A stretch of DNA of 64,000 nucleotides from Woeseiaceae bacterium (GTDB lineage: Bacteria; Pseudomonadota; Gammaproteobacteria; Steroidobacterales; Woeseiaceae). Under the pieces are notes generated by a model, which saw only the letters and a list, made by a program, of their open reading frames with translations, made no database searches and had not been told where the DNA came from. The position numbers and the translations under genes are program-made. Positions 26,253-34,657 of this stretch are shown in pieces (position 1 is the stretch's first letter; every line of letters starts with the position of its first letter). The stretch is taken from assembly GCA_021773135.1 (NCBI GenBank), contig JAJFKP010000017.1, positions 50,520 to 114,519 on the forward strand, in the 5' to 3' direction.

Positions 26253-26924
26253 CTAGTTCTGTGTTGTTTCGTTTGACCTGGCAATTCGCTGCTGGGGCAC
26301 GGCAATTGACCGCGCGGCCAGCGTGAATTTGTCCTGCGTGACATCGGTAGCCTGCGTAAGGATTGATTGCAGTGCCGCCATTTGTGCCGCGTGACATGAC
26401 AGCAGTTGTCGACTGACACCACTGCCTAGTAGTTTTCGCCACAGGTCGGTGTGGCGGCCCAAGCGTGCGACGGGAGGTTCTCCGGTCGCCCTGACTGCGT
26501 CGAGTAATTCGAAAAACGTCAGCTCTGCAATGCGCTCACTCCAATACAGCGTGGCACCGCATATCACCCTTAACGCGTAGGGGTTTCTGCGCGCAAGTTG
26601 CCAGATGAAGCCGAGCGCGGCCGAAATTAAAGTATCAGCATCTTCCGTTGACCTTATGTCAAAAAGCCCGGCGCCTGGACGTTCCGCCAGAGTCTGTGTC
26701 CAGTAGGCCTCATCAGTTTCGCGAAACGAAAATAGCAGAAACGGTGTCTTTGCGAGGCGAGCGATCTGGCTGCTGCTCAGGCTGGTCATGCGTTTGCAGA
26801 GATCAACAGGCATGCCGTCAAGCCCGCGTTGCAAAGCCGCATCGCGCGGTGTCAGTTCAAGCCAGGCTTGATTCAGTGTCAGAACATTTTCGTAGTCAGT
26901 GGCATCAGGGCCGTTAAATCCCAT
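26253..26924 (-). CDS. Hypothetical regulator with two FlhD-like repeats
   Basis: Strong RBS GGGAGG. aa about 10-65 (LNQAWLELTPRDAALQRGLDGMPVDLCKRMTSLSSSQIARLAKTPFLLFSFRE) resemble E. coli FlhD (LSYLLLAQRL...[28 protein letters not shown]). A second similar block is at about aa 105-160 (FIWQLARRNPYALRVICGATLYWSERIAELTFFELLDAVRATGEPPVARL). The similarity was judged by eye only. Confidence 0.45.
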   Translation of the reverse strand: MGFNGPDATDYENVLTLNQAWLELTPRDAALQRGLDGMPVDLCKRMTSLSSSQIARLAKTPFLLFSFRETDEAYWTQTLAERPGAGLFDIRSTEDADTLISAALGFIWQLARRNPYALRVICGATLYWSERIAELTFFELLDAVRATGEPPVARLGRHTDLWRKLLGSGVSRQLLSCHAAQMAALQSILTQATDVTQDKFTLAARSIAVPQQRIARSNETTQN

Positions 26925-27067
26925 GGTTTTCCTCCCGTTTTCGCGATTTTTCGCTTGTTATTAGGGAAAATGGTCAAATTTGGTATTGTTGTTTGATTTC
27001 CCATTTATGGATGATATAGGCTCTTTAAATACTATATATGGTTATTAACTAGCATAAAAGGAAAGAA

Positions 27068-27628
27068 ATGAGGCTTACGGACAACCGCTATGCGAGCGAA
27101 AAACAACAATTCGAGCTCGCCCTGAGAATGATTCAACACGAGGCCCGAACCCGAACCATCCGCGAATGCACGGGCCTGAGTGACGACCGGATCCGCAAGG
27201 TATATACAACCTATTTCCGGGATGCAGGCGACTGCGGCGTAAAACGCCGGCGGGGCAAATCACCGCGCCAGATAACCCTGTTCGTGAAAACGCCGCAGAA
27301 TCAGCTGGAGGCAACCACGCTGATCGCCCTGTATTGCGCCAGCCTGCTACTGCGGGTCGATGCCAGTAACAACGTTCACTCCTGCTGGCCAAGGCCTGAC
27401 GTGGAGTTCGGCCATCGGGTTTGTCGCGCTTACGAGACCTATCTGCTACTGCACCCTGAACCATCGCTGAGTTTCGAATGGGCCTGGAACCTATTGCAAA
27501 GCATTAGCAGAAACGATGAGCTGTATCTCGCTGCTTGCAGAAGCTGTCGCAGCCGTTATGTGCAGGATGCGTACGCCCTGGACCGACGGATCTGTCCCAG
27601 CTGCGAAATAGCAGATAAACCCGGCTGA
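27068..27628 (+). CDS. FlhC-family transcriptional activator-like protein
   Basis: 186 aa. Collinear with E. coli FlhC: [31 protein letters not shown] vs [39 protein letters not shown] vs [17 protein letters not shown] vs RAWTLVRFV. C-terminal Cys4 site CRSC-x15-CPSC. Confidence 0.7.
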   Translation: [186 protein letters not shown]

Positions 27629-27664
27629 TCCAGGGCGGCAAAGTTTCGCTACACTGTGGCGGCC

Positions 27665-28552
27665 ATGAATAATCAAAACGTATTTGCCGGCGCATTCGTC
27701 GACAGGTCGGGCCATCGTCGCGAGGACTCAGACTGGCTGAGTACCGCCATTAACGGATCCGATTCCAGGTTCCTGCCGGTCTGGCAAAACAAATGCCTGA
27801 CATTTGGGGAATCGCCACGAATCAGTCTCCTCGAACGAGCCGACGTGGCGGAACACATCGTGGAAGATGAAACGATATTTTTGGGGCTGTACGAGGACAG
27901 GCCCGCTTTCGCCCTGCCGATGGCGGATTCGGTGGATGCCCCAATTGATGCAGAGGAACGATTTCATGACCTGCGTTACCTTGGCAGCGTGCTACCGGCC
28001 GACGAATCCAACCTGGCTGCCCATGCAATCGCGTTGATCAACTGGCACCGGCTACATCGGTTTTGCACAATCTGTGGCTCATCAACCCGCACTGAATCGG
28101 GTGGTAACACGCGCATTTGTGAAAACCAAACATGCGTGAATCGAGTTTTTCCCCGCGTAGATCCGGCCATCATTGTACTGGTTTCCCGTCGCGACCGGTG
28201 CCTGCTTGGACGCCAGTCATCATGGCCAGAGGGACGATTTTCAACGATCGCAGGTTTCGTTGAGCCGGGCGAAAGCCTCGAAGATGCGGTGCGGCGAGAA
28301 GTACTCGAAGAAACAAACATTCGCGTTGGCAGCGTGCATTATCACAGCTCGCAGCCGTGGCCTTTTCCGTCGTCCCTGATGCTTGGCTTCACCGCGAGCG
28401 CTGAGTCCGAAGACATTCAACTGAACGATGGCGAACTCGAAGACGCACGGTGGTTTAGCCGCAAGGAACTTCGGTCCGGTTTCCCAAAATTGCCATACCG
28501 CCTTTCCATTGCGCGACGCCTGGTCGACAACTGGCTTACCGATGGTACGTAG
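27665..28552 (+). CDS. nudC: NAD+ diphosphatase / NADH pyrophosphatase (Nudix, RNA NAD-decapping)
   Basis: Zinc ribbon CTICGSSTRTESGGNTRICENQTC and Nudix box GFVEPGESLEDAVRREVLEETNI, then SQPWPFPSSLM. A GTG at 27656 is an alternative start. Confidence 0.9.
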   Translation: MNNQNVFAGAFVDRSGHRREDSDWLSTAINGSDSRFLPVWQNKCLTFGESPRISLLERADVAEHIVEDETIFLGLYEDRPAFALPMADSVDAPIDAEERFHDLRYLGSVLPADESNLAAHAIALINWHRLHRFCTICGSSTRTESGGNTRICENQTCVNRVFPRVDPAIIVLVSRRDRCLLGRQSSWPEGRFSTIAGFVEPGESLEDAVRREVLEETNIRVGSVHYHSSQPWPFPSSLMLGFTASAESEDIQLNDGELEDARWFSRKELRSGFPKLPYRLSIARRLVDNWLTDGT

Positions 28553-28568
28553 TGATTAGCGTACGCCG

Positions 28569-29327
28569 ATGTGCCTGATCCTCTTTGCCTGGAAAATCGA
28601 TCCGGATTACCCCCTGGTGCTGGTAGCGAACCGCGACGAGTTTCATCAGCGCCCGACGCAGTCGCTGCACAGGTGGCCGGATAAACCGGACGTTATAGCG
28701 GGACGTGACCTGCAGGCGGGTGGCACGTGGTTGGGCGTCGGTCCGTCAGGAAAACTTGCCGCTGTCACCAACTACCGGGAAGAAAAGCCAAAGCGAACAG
28801 GCAAACATTCGCGCGGTGAGCTTGTTACGGATTTTCTCCTGGGTTCCGAAACACCGCAAGAATTCTCAAGTTCGATCGATTGCGCACGCTACGCGGGCTT
28901 TAGTCTTCTGACGTCAGATGCGGATGAAATTTGCTACCTTTCAAATCGGGGTGATGCGGTAACGCGACTGTCGCCCGGAATCTATGGCCTCAGTAACGCA
29001 TCGCTCGACACGCCATGGCCAAAGCTCTTAAGAACGCGAGAAGCGTTCCGCAATATCGTAACGACAGGCGATGCGAATGAAACGACGCTCATGCGACTAT
29101 TGGCCGACCGGCAAATGTCATCGGCAGCTGCGATTGAGCAGGGCGCCCTTCCTTTTGCGCTTGCGCGTGCGATCACTGCGCCGTTTATCGTTACACCGGA
29201 GTACGGTACGCGGTGCACGACCGTGGTATTGCGCAATTCAGCAGGTCAGACCAGCATCAGCGAACGTAGCTACGACGCAAGCGGAACACCAGTCGGTGAA
29301 GCACGCCTGTCAATCTCGGCGAACTGA
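28569..29327 (+). CDS. NRDE family protein (TANGO2/DUF833-like)
   Basis: MCLILFAW start, LVANRDEF (NRDE motif), GGTWLGV. Confidence 0.85.
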   Translation: MCLILFAWKIDPDYPLVLVANRDEFHQRPTQSLHRWPDKPDVIAGRDLQAGGTWLGVGPSGKLAAVTNYREEKPKRTGKHSRGELVTDFLLGSETPQEFSSSIDCARYAGFSLLTSDADEICYLSNRGDAVTRLSPGIYGLSNASLDTPWPKLLRTREAFRNIVTTGDANETTLMRLLADRQMSSAAAIEQGALPFALARAITAPFIVTPEYGTRCTTVVLRNSAGQTSISERSYDASGTPVGEARLSISAN

Positions 29328-29329
29328 GC

Positions 29330-29998
29330 TCAAGCGGGAATGCCATAAACCCTGAGAAGCCACTCCCGGATATCGAGAATCTCTTGCGGACATACTGCAT
29401 GCGCCATCGGATATTCGCGCCACTCCACTGTGAACCCGCAGGCTGACAGGCTGTCGCGGGCAGCCTTCCCCAGCTCCATTGGCAGCACCGGATCAAAGGC
29501 GCCGTGTGCCATGAATATCGGCAGATCGTGAGGCTGCGGCAGGTCTGACCCTGCACCTGCCGGCAATGGCAGGTAGGTTGACAGGGCCATCATTCCGGCA
29601 AGCGGAAGTCCGAAGCTGATTGCAGTATGTGCAGCAATTGCGCCGCCTTGCGAAAACCCGGCGAGGACGATCTTGTCGTAGGGCACTCCGCGGTCGTGTT
29701 CCTGTTCGATGATCTCGGTCAATCGCTTGCTACTGGAACGAATACCCGCTTCATCCATCGGCCCGCTTCGGTCAAGCGACACAATATCGAACCACGCACG
29801 CATCGACACACCGCCGTTTATAGTGACCGGCCGGATCGGCGCATGCGGAAAAATGAAGCGCAGGTTCAAGTCCTCAGCCAGTCTCAATTCAGGCACAATC
29901 GGCTCAAAATCATGGCCGTCCGCACCGAGCCCATGCAACCAGATAATACTTCCGTCGGGTTCTCCGGCGGGTTCCACGATCACTTCGGTTTCTGACAT
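29330..29998 (-). CDS. Phospholipase/carboxylesterase family alpha/beta hydrolase
   Basis: IWLHGLGADGHDF, nucleophile elbow GFSQGG, C-terminal H (YPMAHAV). 222 aa. Confidence 0.85.
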   Translation of the reverse strand: MSETEVIVEPAGEPDGSIIWLHGLGADGHDFEPIVPELRLAEDLNLRFIFPHAPIRPVTINGGVSMRAWFDIVSLDRSGPMDEAGIRSSSKRLTEIIEQEHDRGVPYDKIVLAGFSQGGAIAAHTAISFGLPLAGMMALSTYLPLPAGAGSDLPQPHDLPIFMAHGAFDPVLPMELGKAARDSLSACGFTVEWREYPMAHAVCPQEILDIREWLLRVYGIPA

Positions 29999-30121
29999 TT
30001 ATAACTCCACACAGCGGACGCGCATGGTAACAGCAAAAAATGAACGAGTGCGGACGCGGCAGTCGTGGTGGCGCGCAAGATTCTTTTTGCTCTGTGTGGA
30101 ACCGTGACATACTTAAGCACG

Positions 30122-31312
30122 ATGAGTCGTCTCTGGGAAAAAGGCCTGCCGCTTGACGAACGTGTGCTGCGTTACACGGCTGGGGAAGACCATCAGCTGG
30201 ATGCGCGCCTCGTGGAATTCGATATTCGCGGCTCAATTGCACATGCGCAAATGCTGGCGGAACAGGGCTTGCTGAGCGGGCAAGATTGCCAGGCAATTAC
30301 GGACGGGCTAGGCGAGCTGCAGTCTGAGTTCGACGCAGGTGAGTGGTGCATTCAACTTGAGGATGAGGATGTTCACACTGCCCTCGAATCACAACTAACG
30401 AAAAAAATTGGTGCAGCTGGCGCCCGGGTCCATCTCGGCCGCTCCCGCAATGATCAGGTTCTCACGGCAATCCGACTTTACCTGCGGTCGGCGACCGCCG
30501 AAGTGTCCGCAAGCGTTTCCGGCCTTTGCGAATCATTGGATGGACTCGCTGCCGCTCAGGGAGACATCAAACTTCCCGGTACGACCCATATGCAACACGC
30601 CATGCCATCGAGCGTTGCCCTGTGGTGTGGCGGATTTCAGGAAGGCTTTCAGGACGCGATAGATGGACTGGACGCCGCGCTACGACGCATTAACAAGAAT
30701 CCGCTTGGCAGTGCGGCCGGCTACGGCACGCCGGGGCTCGATCTTGACCGCGAGGCAACGACCCGCAAACTGGGTTTTGCGCAAACCCAGGAACCGGTTA
30801 CAGCGGTACAGCTGTCCCGCGGCAAGGCGGAAGCCGGACTGCTGTTCGAACTGTCGCTGCTGATGCAGGACTTGAGTCGTCTTGCCAGCGACCTGCTCCT
30901 CTTCTATACACAGGAATATCGTTACGTGTCACTCGCGCCTGAGGTCACGACCGGTTCGTCCATCATGCCGCAAAAACGAAATCCGGATGTTCTTGAACTG
31001 GTTCGCGCCGCGGCGGGCACTGTTCTGGCCTGCCTTAACGAATGTCAGCTGATCACGACGAAGCTGCCGTCGGGCTTTCAGCGCGATCTGCAGCGATTGA
31101 AGGCACCGGTATTCCGGGCAATTGACCTGACCATCGAGAGTGTCGATATCATGGCGTATCTCATGACGACAGTTCGGTTCCTGCCGGAGAACATTCGCAT
31201 GGGCAAGGAACTGTTCGCAACCGAAGAGGCGTTTGCGTTGGTGCGCGCAGAGGGCATTCCGTTTCGCGAAGCTTATCGGCGCATAGCACACAAACTAGAG
31301 GCTGCTGAATAA
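30122..31312 (+). CDS. argH: Argininosuccinate lyase (fumarate-lyase superfamily), C-terminally short form
   Basis: LGRSRNDQV, GTTHMQHAMP, GSSIMPQKRNPDVLE signature. 396 aa from MSRLWEK. It ends soon after GIPFREAYRRIA, about 60 aa earlier than E. coli ArgH. Confidence 0.8.
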   Translation: MSRLWEKGLPLDERVLRYTAGEDHQLDARLVEFDIRGSIAHAQMLAEQGLLSGQDCQAITDGLGELQSEFDAGEWCIQLEDEDVHTALESQLTKKIGAAGARVHLGRSRNDQVLTAIRLYLRSATAEVSASVSGLCESLDGLAAAQGDIKLPGTTHMQHAMPSSVALWCGGFQEGFQDAIDGLDAALRRINKNPLGSAAGYGTPGLDLDREATTRKLGFAQTQEPVTAVQLSRGKAEAGLLFELSLLMQDLSRLASDLLLFYTQEYRYVSLAPEVTTGSSIMPQKRNPDVLELVRAAAGTVLACLNECQLITTKLPSGFQRDLQRLKAPVFRAIDLTIESVDIMAYLMTTVRFLPENIRMGKELFATEEAFALVRAEGIPFREAYRRIAHKLEAAE

Positions 31313-31387
31313 CTTCACAGTATTTCAATCACGTTCTGGTATACCATTTGAGAAATCGTTGTTACCGTCATTTTGGTGGAGACCGTC

Positions 31388-31588
31388 ATGCAGAAAACTG
31401 TCAGTTCGATCGCATTGCTGCTGTCATTGGCCTTCCTGTCGGCATGCGGTCAGAAGGGTCCGCTGTTTTTGCCTGGCGACGCGAGCCAGGTTCAGTCTGT
31501 GCCATCTGCAGAGCAGGCACAGATTAACCCCGGGACAGACGACGAAGACGAAGACGACGACGAAGAACTAACAATAATCCGCAACTAA
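31388..31588 (+). CDS. lptM: LptM/YifL-family small lipoprotein with poly-acidic tail
   Basis: GGAGA RBS, lipobox LSACGQKGPLFLP typical of YifL/LptM, tail DDEDEDDDEE. Confidence 0.75.
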   Translation: MQKTVSSIALLLSLAFLSACGQKGPLFLPGDASQVQSVPSAEQAQINPGTDDEDEDDDEELTIIRN

Positions 31589-31622
31589 AACCGACGCGGG
31601 CCGCACCCGCGAGTAAAATCTG

Positions 31623-34325
31623 ATGAGCGACAGCAAACTCGTCCTGGTGGACGGATCTTCCTACCTGTATCGCGCCTATCATGCGCTGCCCAAACTCACG
31701 AGCTCCCGCGGTGAGGCGACCGGCGCCATTCACGGCGTTCTGAATATGATTAACAAACTGGCGCAGGAGGAATCCACCGAACACCTGGTGGTGGTCTTCG
31801 ATGCACCCGGCAGGACTTTTCGCGATGACATGTATGACGACTACAAAGCCAATCGTCCGCCGATGCCGGATGATCTGCGCGAACAGGTCGAACCATTGCT
31901 CGAGGCTATTCCGGCAATGGGACTGCCGCTGCTCAGAATTGACGGCGTTGAGGCCGACGATGTCATTGGCACTTTGTGCCAGCAGGCCAGCGAATCCGGG
32001 ATGGACGTACTGGTATCCACAGGTGACAAGGATATGGCGCAACTCGTCAACGAGCGAGTTACGCTTGTCAACACAATGTCCGGATCGATTCTCGATCGGG
32101 ACGGAGTCAAGAAGAAGTTCGACGTTTTCCCGGAACAGATAATCGATTACCTTGCCCTGGTCGGTGACAGCTCCGACAACATTCCAGGCGTACCAAAAGT
32201 AGGCGCAAAAACCGCGGCCAAGTGGCTGAACCAATATTCAAGTGCCGATGCAATCGTCGCCAATGCCGCGGAAATAAAGGGCAAGGTCGGAGAAAGCCTC
32301 CGCGACAATATTGAACAGCTCAGGCTGTCACAGAAACTGGCGACGATTCGTCTGGACGTCGACCTGCCGCAAGGTCCTGCGGACCTGAAGCGCGGCCCGG
32401 CGGACACTGACACGCTAAGGTCGCTGTATAGCCGCCTTGAACTGAAACGACTGCTGACACTATTAGGCGAAACCGACGCTGACGCAACGGCGGTCGATGC
32501 TCCGAAGCCCGCAGAAAAGGGAAACTACGAGACCGTACTTGACCAGGATGGATTCGAACGCTGGCTGAAAAAAATTGACGCCGCGACGCTGACCGCAATC
32601 GACACGGAAACGACCAGCGTCAATTACATGGAAGCCGAATTGGTCGGAATTTCACTAGCCGTGGAACCGGGAGAAGCGGCCTACATACCGGTTGCCCATG
32701 ATTATCCGGGTGCGCCGGATCAGCTGAATCGTGATGCTGTCCTGGCCGCGCTGAAAACATTTCTCGAGAACCCGGACAAGAAGAAAGTCGGTCACCACCT
32801 GAAGTACGACGCGCACATTTTTGCCCGCTACGACATCGCAATGCGGGGCATGGCTTTCGATTCTATGCTGGAGTCTTACGTTCTCAATAGTGTCGCAACG
32901 CGGCATGATATGGATTCTGTCGCTCGGTATTACCTGAACGTCGACACCATTCACTACGAGGACGTTGCCGGCAAAGGCGCCAAGCAGCTCACCTTCAATC
33001 AGGTTGATCTCGAACAGGCAGCTCCGTACGCAGCAGAAGATGCCGACATTACCCTGAAGTTGCACAACCAGCTGTGGGGCGAACTGGAAAAGACACCTAC
33101 ACTGCGTTCGGTCTATGCAGAAATCGAGCAGCCTCTGGTGCCGGTCTTGCTGGCAATGGAGGAAGCCGGTGTTTTGATCGACAAGGGCATGCTGAAGAAG
33201 CAGAGCAGCGAGCTGGCTACAACCATGCAGAGCCTGGAGCAAGAGGCGCACGAACTTGCAGGTGGACCGTTTAATCTCGGCTCGCCCAAGCAGTTGCAGG
33301 AAATCCTGTTTGGCCAGCTCGGCTTGCCGGTCATTCGCAAAACGCCGAAAGGGCAGCCCTCAACCGCAGAAGATGTTCTGCAGGAGTTGGCGAATGAATT
33401 TGATCTGCCGCGGGTGATACTTGAGTATCGCAGCGTCAGCAAACTGAAAAGCACCTATACAGATAAACTACCAAAACAGGTTGCGGCGCACACCGGTCGC
33501 GTCCACACGTCTTATCACCAGGCGGTAGCCGCAACAGGGCGACTCTCGTCAACGGACCCGAATTTACAGAATATCCCGATTCGCACTCCCGAGGGTCGCC
33601 GGATCCGGCAGGCATTTATTCCGCCGGACGGCAAGGTTCTGCTCGCGGCGGACTATTCTCAAATTGAATTGCGCATCATGGCGCACCTGTCCGGCGATGA
33701 GGGCCTCGTTAAAGCATTTACGGAAGACCTGGATGTGCACAGCGCGACGGCCGCGGAAGTTTTCGGGCTCAAAGCCGACGCGGTGACCGCCGATCATCGC
33801 CGCTCCGCCAAGGCCATCAATTTCGGGCTGATGTACGGCATGTCCGCGTTCGGCCTAGGCAAGCAACTCGGCATTGGCCGCGGGCAGGCACAGGAGTATG
33901 TCGATCTGTATTTTGACCGGTATCCGGGCGTGCGCAAGTTTATGGATAATATTCGCGAGCAGGCGCGCGCGGCAGGCTTTGTAGAAACGGAGTTCGGGCG
34001 CCGCCTGTACCTGCCGGACATCAACGCCCGTAATGCACAACGAAGACAGTATGCAGAACGCAGCGCGATCAACGCGCCGATGCAGGGTACCGCGGCGGAT
34101 ATTATCAAGCGGGCAATGGTTACGGTGCAGGACTGGCTGCACAGCGATAAAGTGCCGGCCCGAATGATCATGCAGGTACACGATGAACTGGTTCTCGAGG
34201 TAGACGAAGCCGCTGTGAATTCGGTCCGCGATGAAGTTGTCAGACTGATGAGTTCGGCAGCCGATCTTTCTGTGCCGCTGAAGGTTGATGCGGGTGTCGG
34301 CGAGAACTGGGACCAGGCCCACTGA
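31623..34325 (+). CDS. polA: DNA polymerase I
   Basis: 5' nuclease start LVLVDGSSYLYRAYHALP, 3'-5' exo block (IDTETTS), polymerase motifs DYSQIELR and QVHDELV. 900 aa. Confidence 0.97.
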   Translation: MSDSKLVLVDGSSYLYRAYHALPKLTSSRGEATGAIHGVLNMINKLAQEESTEHLVVVFDAPGRTFRDDMYDDYKANRPPMPDDLREQVEPLLEAIPAMGLPLLRIDGVEADDVIGTLCQQASESGMDVLVSTGDKDMAQLVNERVTLVNTMSGSILDRDGVKKKFDVFPEQIIDYLALVGDSSDNIPGVPKVGAKTAAKWLNQYSSADAIVANAAEIKGKVGESLRDNIEQLRLSQKLATIRLDVDLPQGPADLKRGPADTDTLRSLYSRLELKRLLTLLGETDADATAVDAPKPAEKGNYETVLDQDGFERWLKKIDAATLTAIDTETTSVNYMEAELVGISLAVEPGEAAYIPVAHDYPGAPDQLNRDAVLAALKTFLENPDKKKVGHHLKYDAHIFARYDIAMRGMAFDSMLESYVLNSVATRHDMDSVARYYLNVDTIHYEDVAGKGAKQLTFNQVDLEQAAPYAAEDADITLKLHNQLWGELEKTPTLRSVYAEIEQPLVPVLLAMEEAGVLIDKGMLKKQSSELATTMQSLEQEAHELAGGPFNLGSPKQLQEILFGQLGLPVIRKTPKGQPSTAEDVLQELANEFDLPRVILEYRSVSKLKSTYTDKLPKQVAAHTGRVHTSYHQAVAATGRLSSTDPNLQNIPIRTPEGRRIRQAFIPPDGKVLLAADYSQIELRIMAHLSGDEGLVKAFTEDLDVHSATAAEVFGLKADAVTADHRRSAKAINFGLMYGMSAFGLGKQLGIGRGQAQEYVDLYFDRYPGVRKFMDNIREQARAAGFVETEFGRRLYLPDINARNAQRRQYAERSAINAPMQGTAADIIKRAMVTVQDWLHSDKVPARMIMQVHDELVLEVDEAAVNSVRDEVVRLMSSAADLSVPLKVDAGVGENWDQAH

Positions 34326-34508
34326 CTCCTGCCCAAAGGCCGGCGACCCCATTGACCGGCAGCCGCTACGAGTTTGCTGCTGGCCTTTCCACAGGAACCG
34401 CTCGCCCCGCCGGCTACTCGACGGTGTTTTGGACAACCTGGCGTCGCGCACCCGCCGATGGTAGGCACCGCTTAATACTACATTATTTTCAATAGGTTAT
34501 AAGCCAGG

Positions 34509-34536
34509 GGAACTCCTCGGGCCATTATTGTTCCAA
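34509..34536 (+). promoter_or_regulatory. Candidate RpoE/AlgU (sigma-E/sigma-22) type promoter
   Basis: GGAACTC (34509-34515), 16 nt spacer, TCCAA (34532-34536), against the consensus GGAACTT-N16-TCnAA. An AT-rich tract lies immediately upstream (34480-34505). Confidence 0.5.
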
Positions 34537-34542
34537 TTCTTC

Positions 34543-34657
34543 GAGTGCGTTAGTCACTTGTCTGTTTACCTCCCTAAGCAGACTTGCAACCCGGTAACCC
34601 CAAGCCGGTTGCTAATGCTAGACCCCGACTGTCGCAAGACACGTCGGGGTTTTTTTG
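34543..34657 (+). ncRNA. Candidate sRNA of about 115 nt, positional analogue of Spot 42 (spf) / ErsA between polA and engB
   Basis: Bounded by the sigma-E-like promoter and an intrinsic terminator. Three hairpins: 34560-34583, 34586-34612 and 34622-34650. The first loop is UUUACCUCCCUAAG. The 5' end is only inferred from promoter spacing. Confidence 0.5.
34622..34657 (+). terminator. Rho-independent terminator
   Basis: ACCCCGACTGTC-GCAA-GACA(C)GTCGGGGT stem with a GNRA loop, followed by a T7 run. Confidence 0.8.

Noticed and set aside
25300-26442. 380-aa version of the YadG-like ATPase
   Set aside because: The upstream 72 codons overlap the FlhD-like gene, have no ABC similarity and show skewed composition. 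The E. coli YadG-like N-terminus starts at the ATG at 26226.
27030-27052. LexA/SOS-box-like AT-rich string TACTATATATGGTTAT near the FlhC-like gene
   Set aside because: It lacks the CTGT and ACAG ends of the gammaproteobacterial SOS box and only shares the central TATATA.
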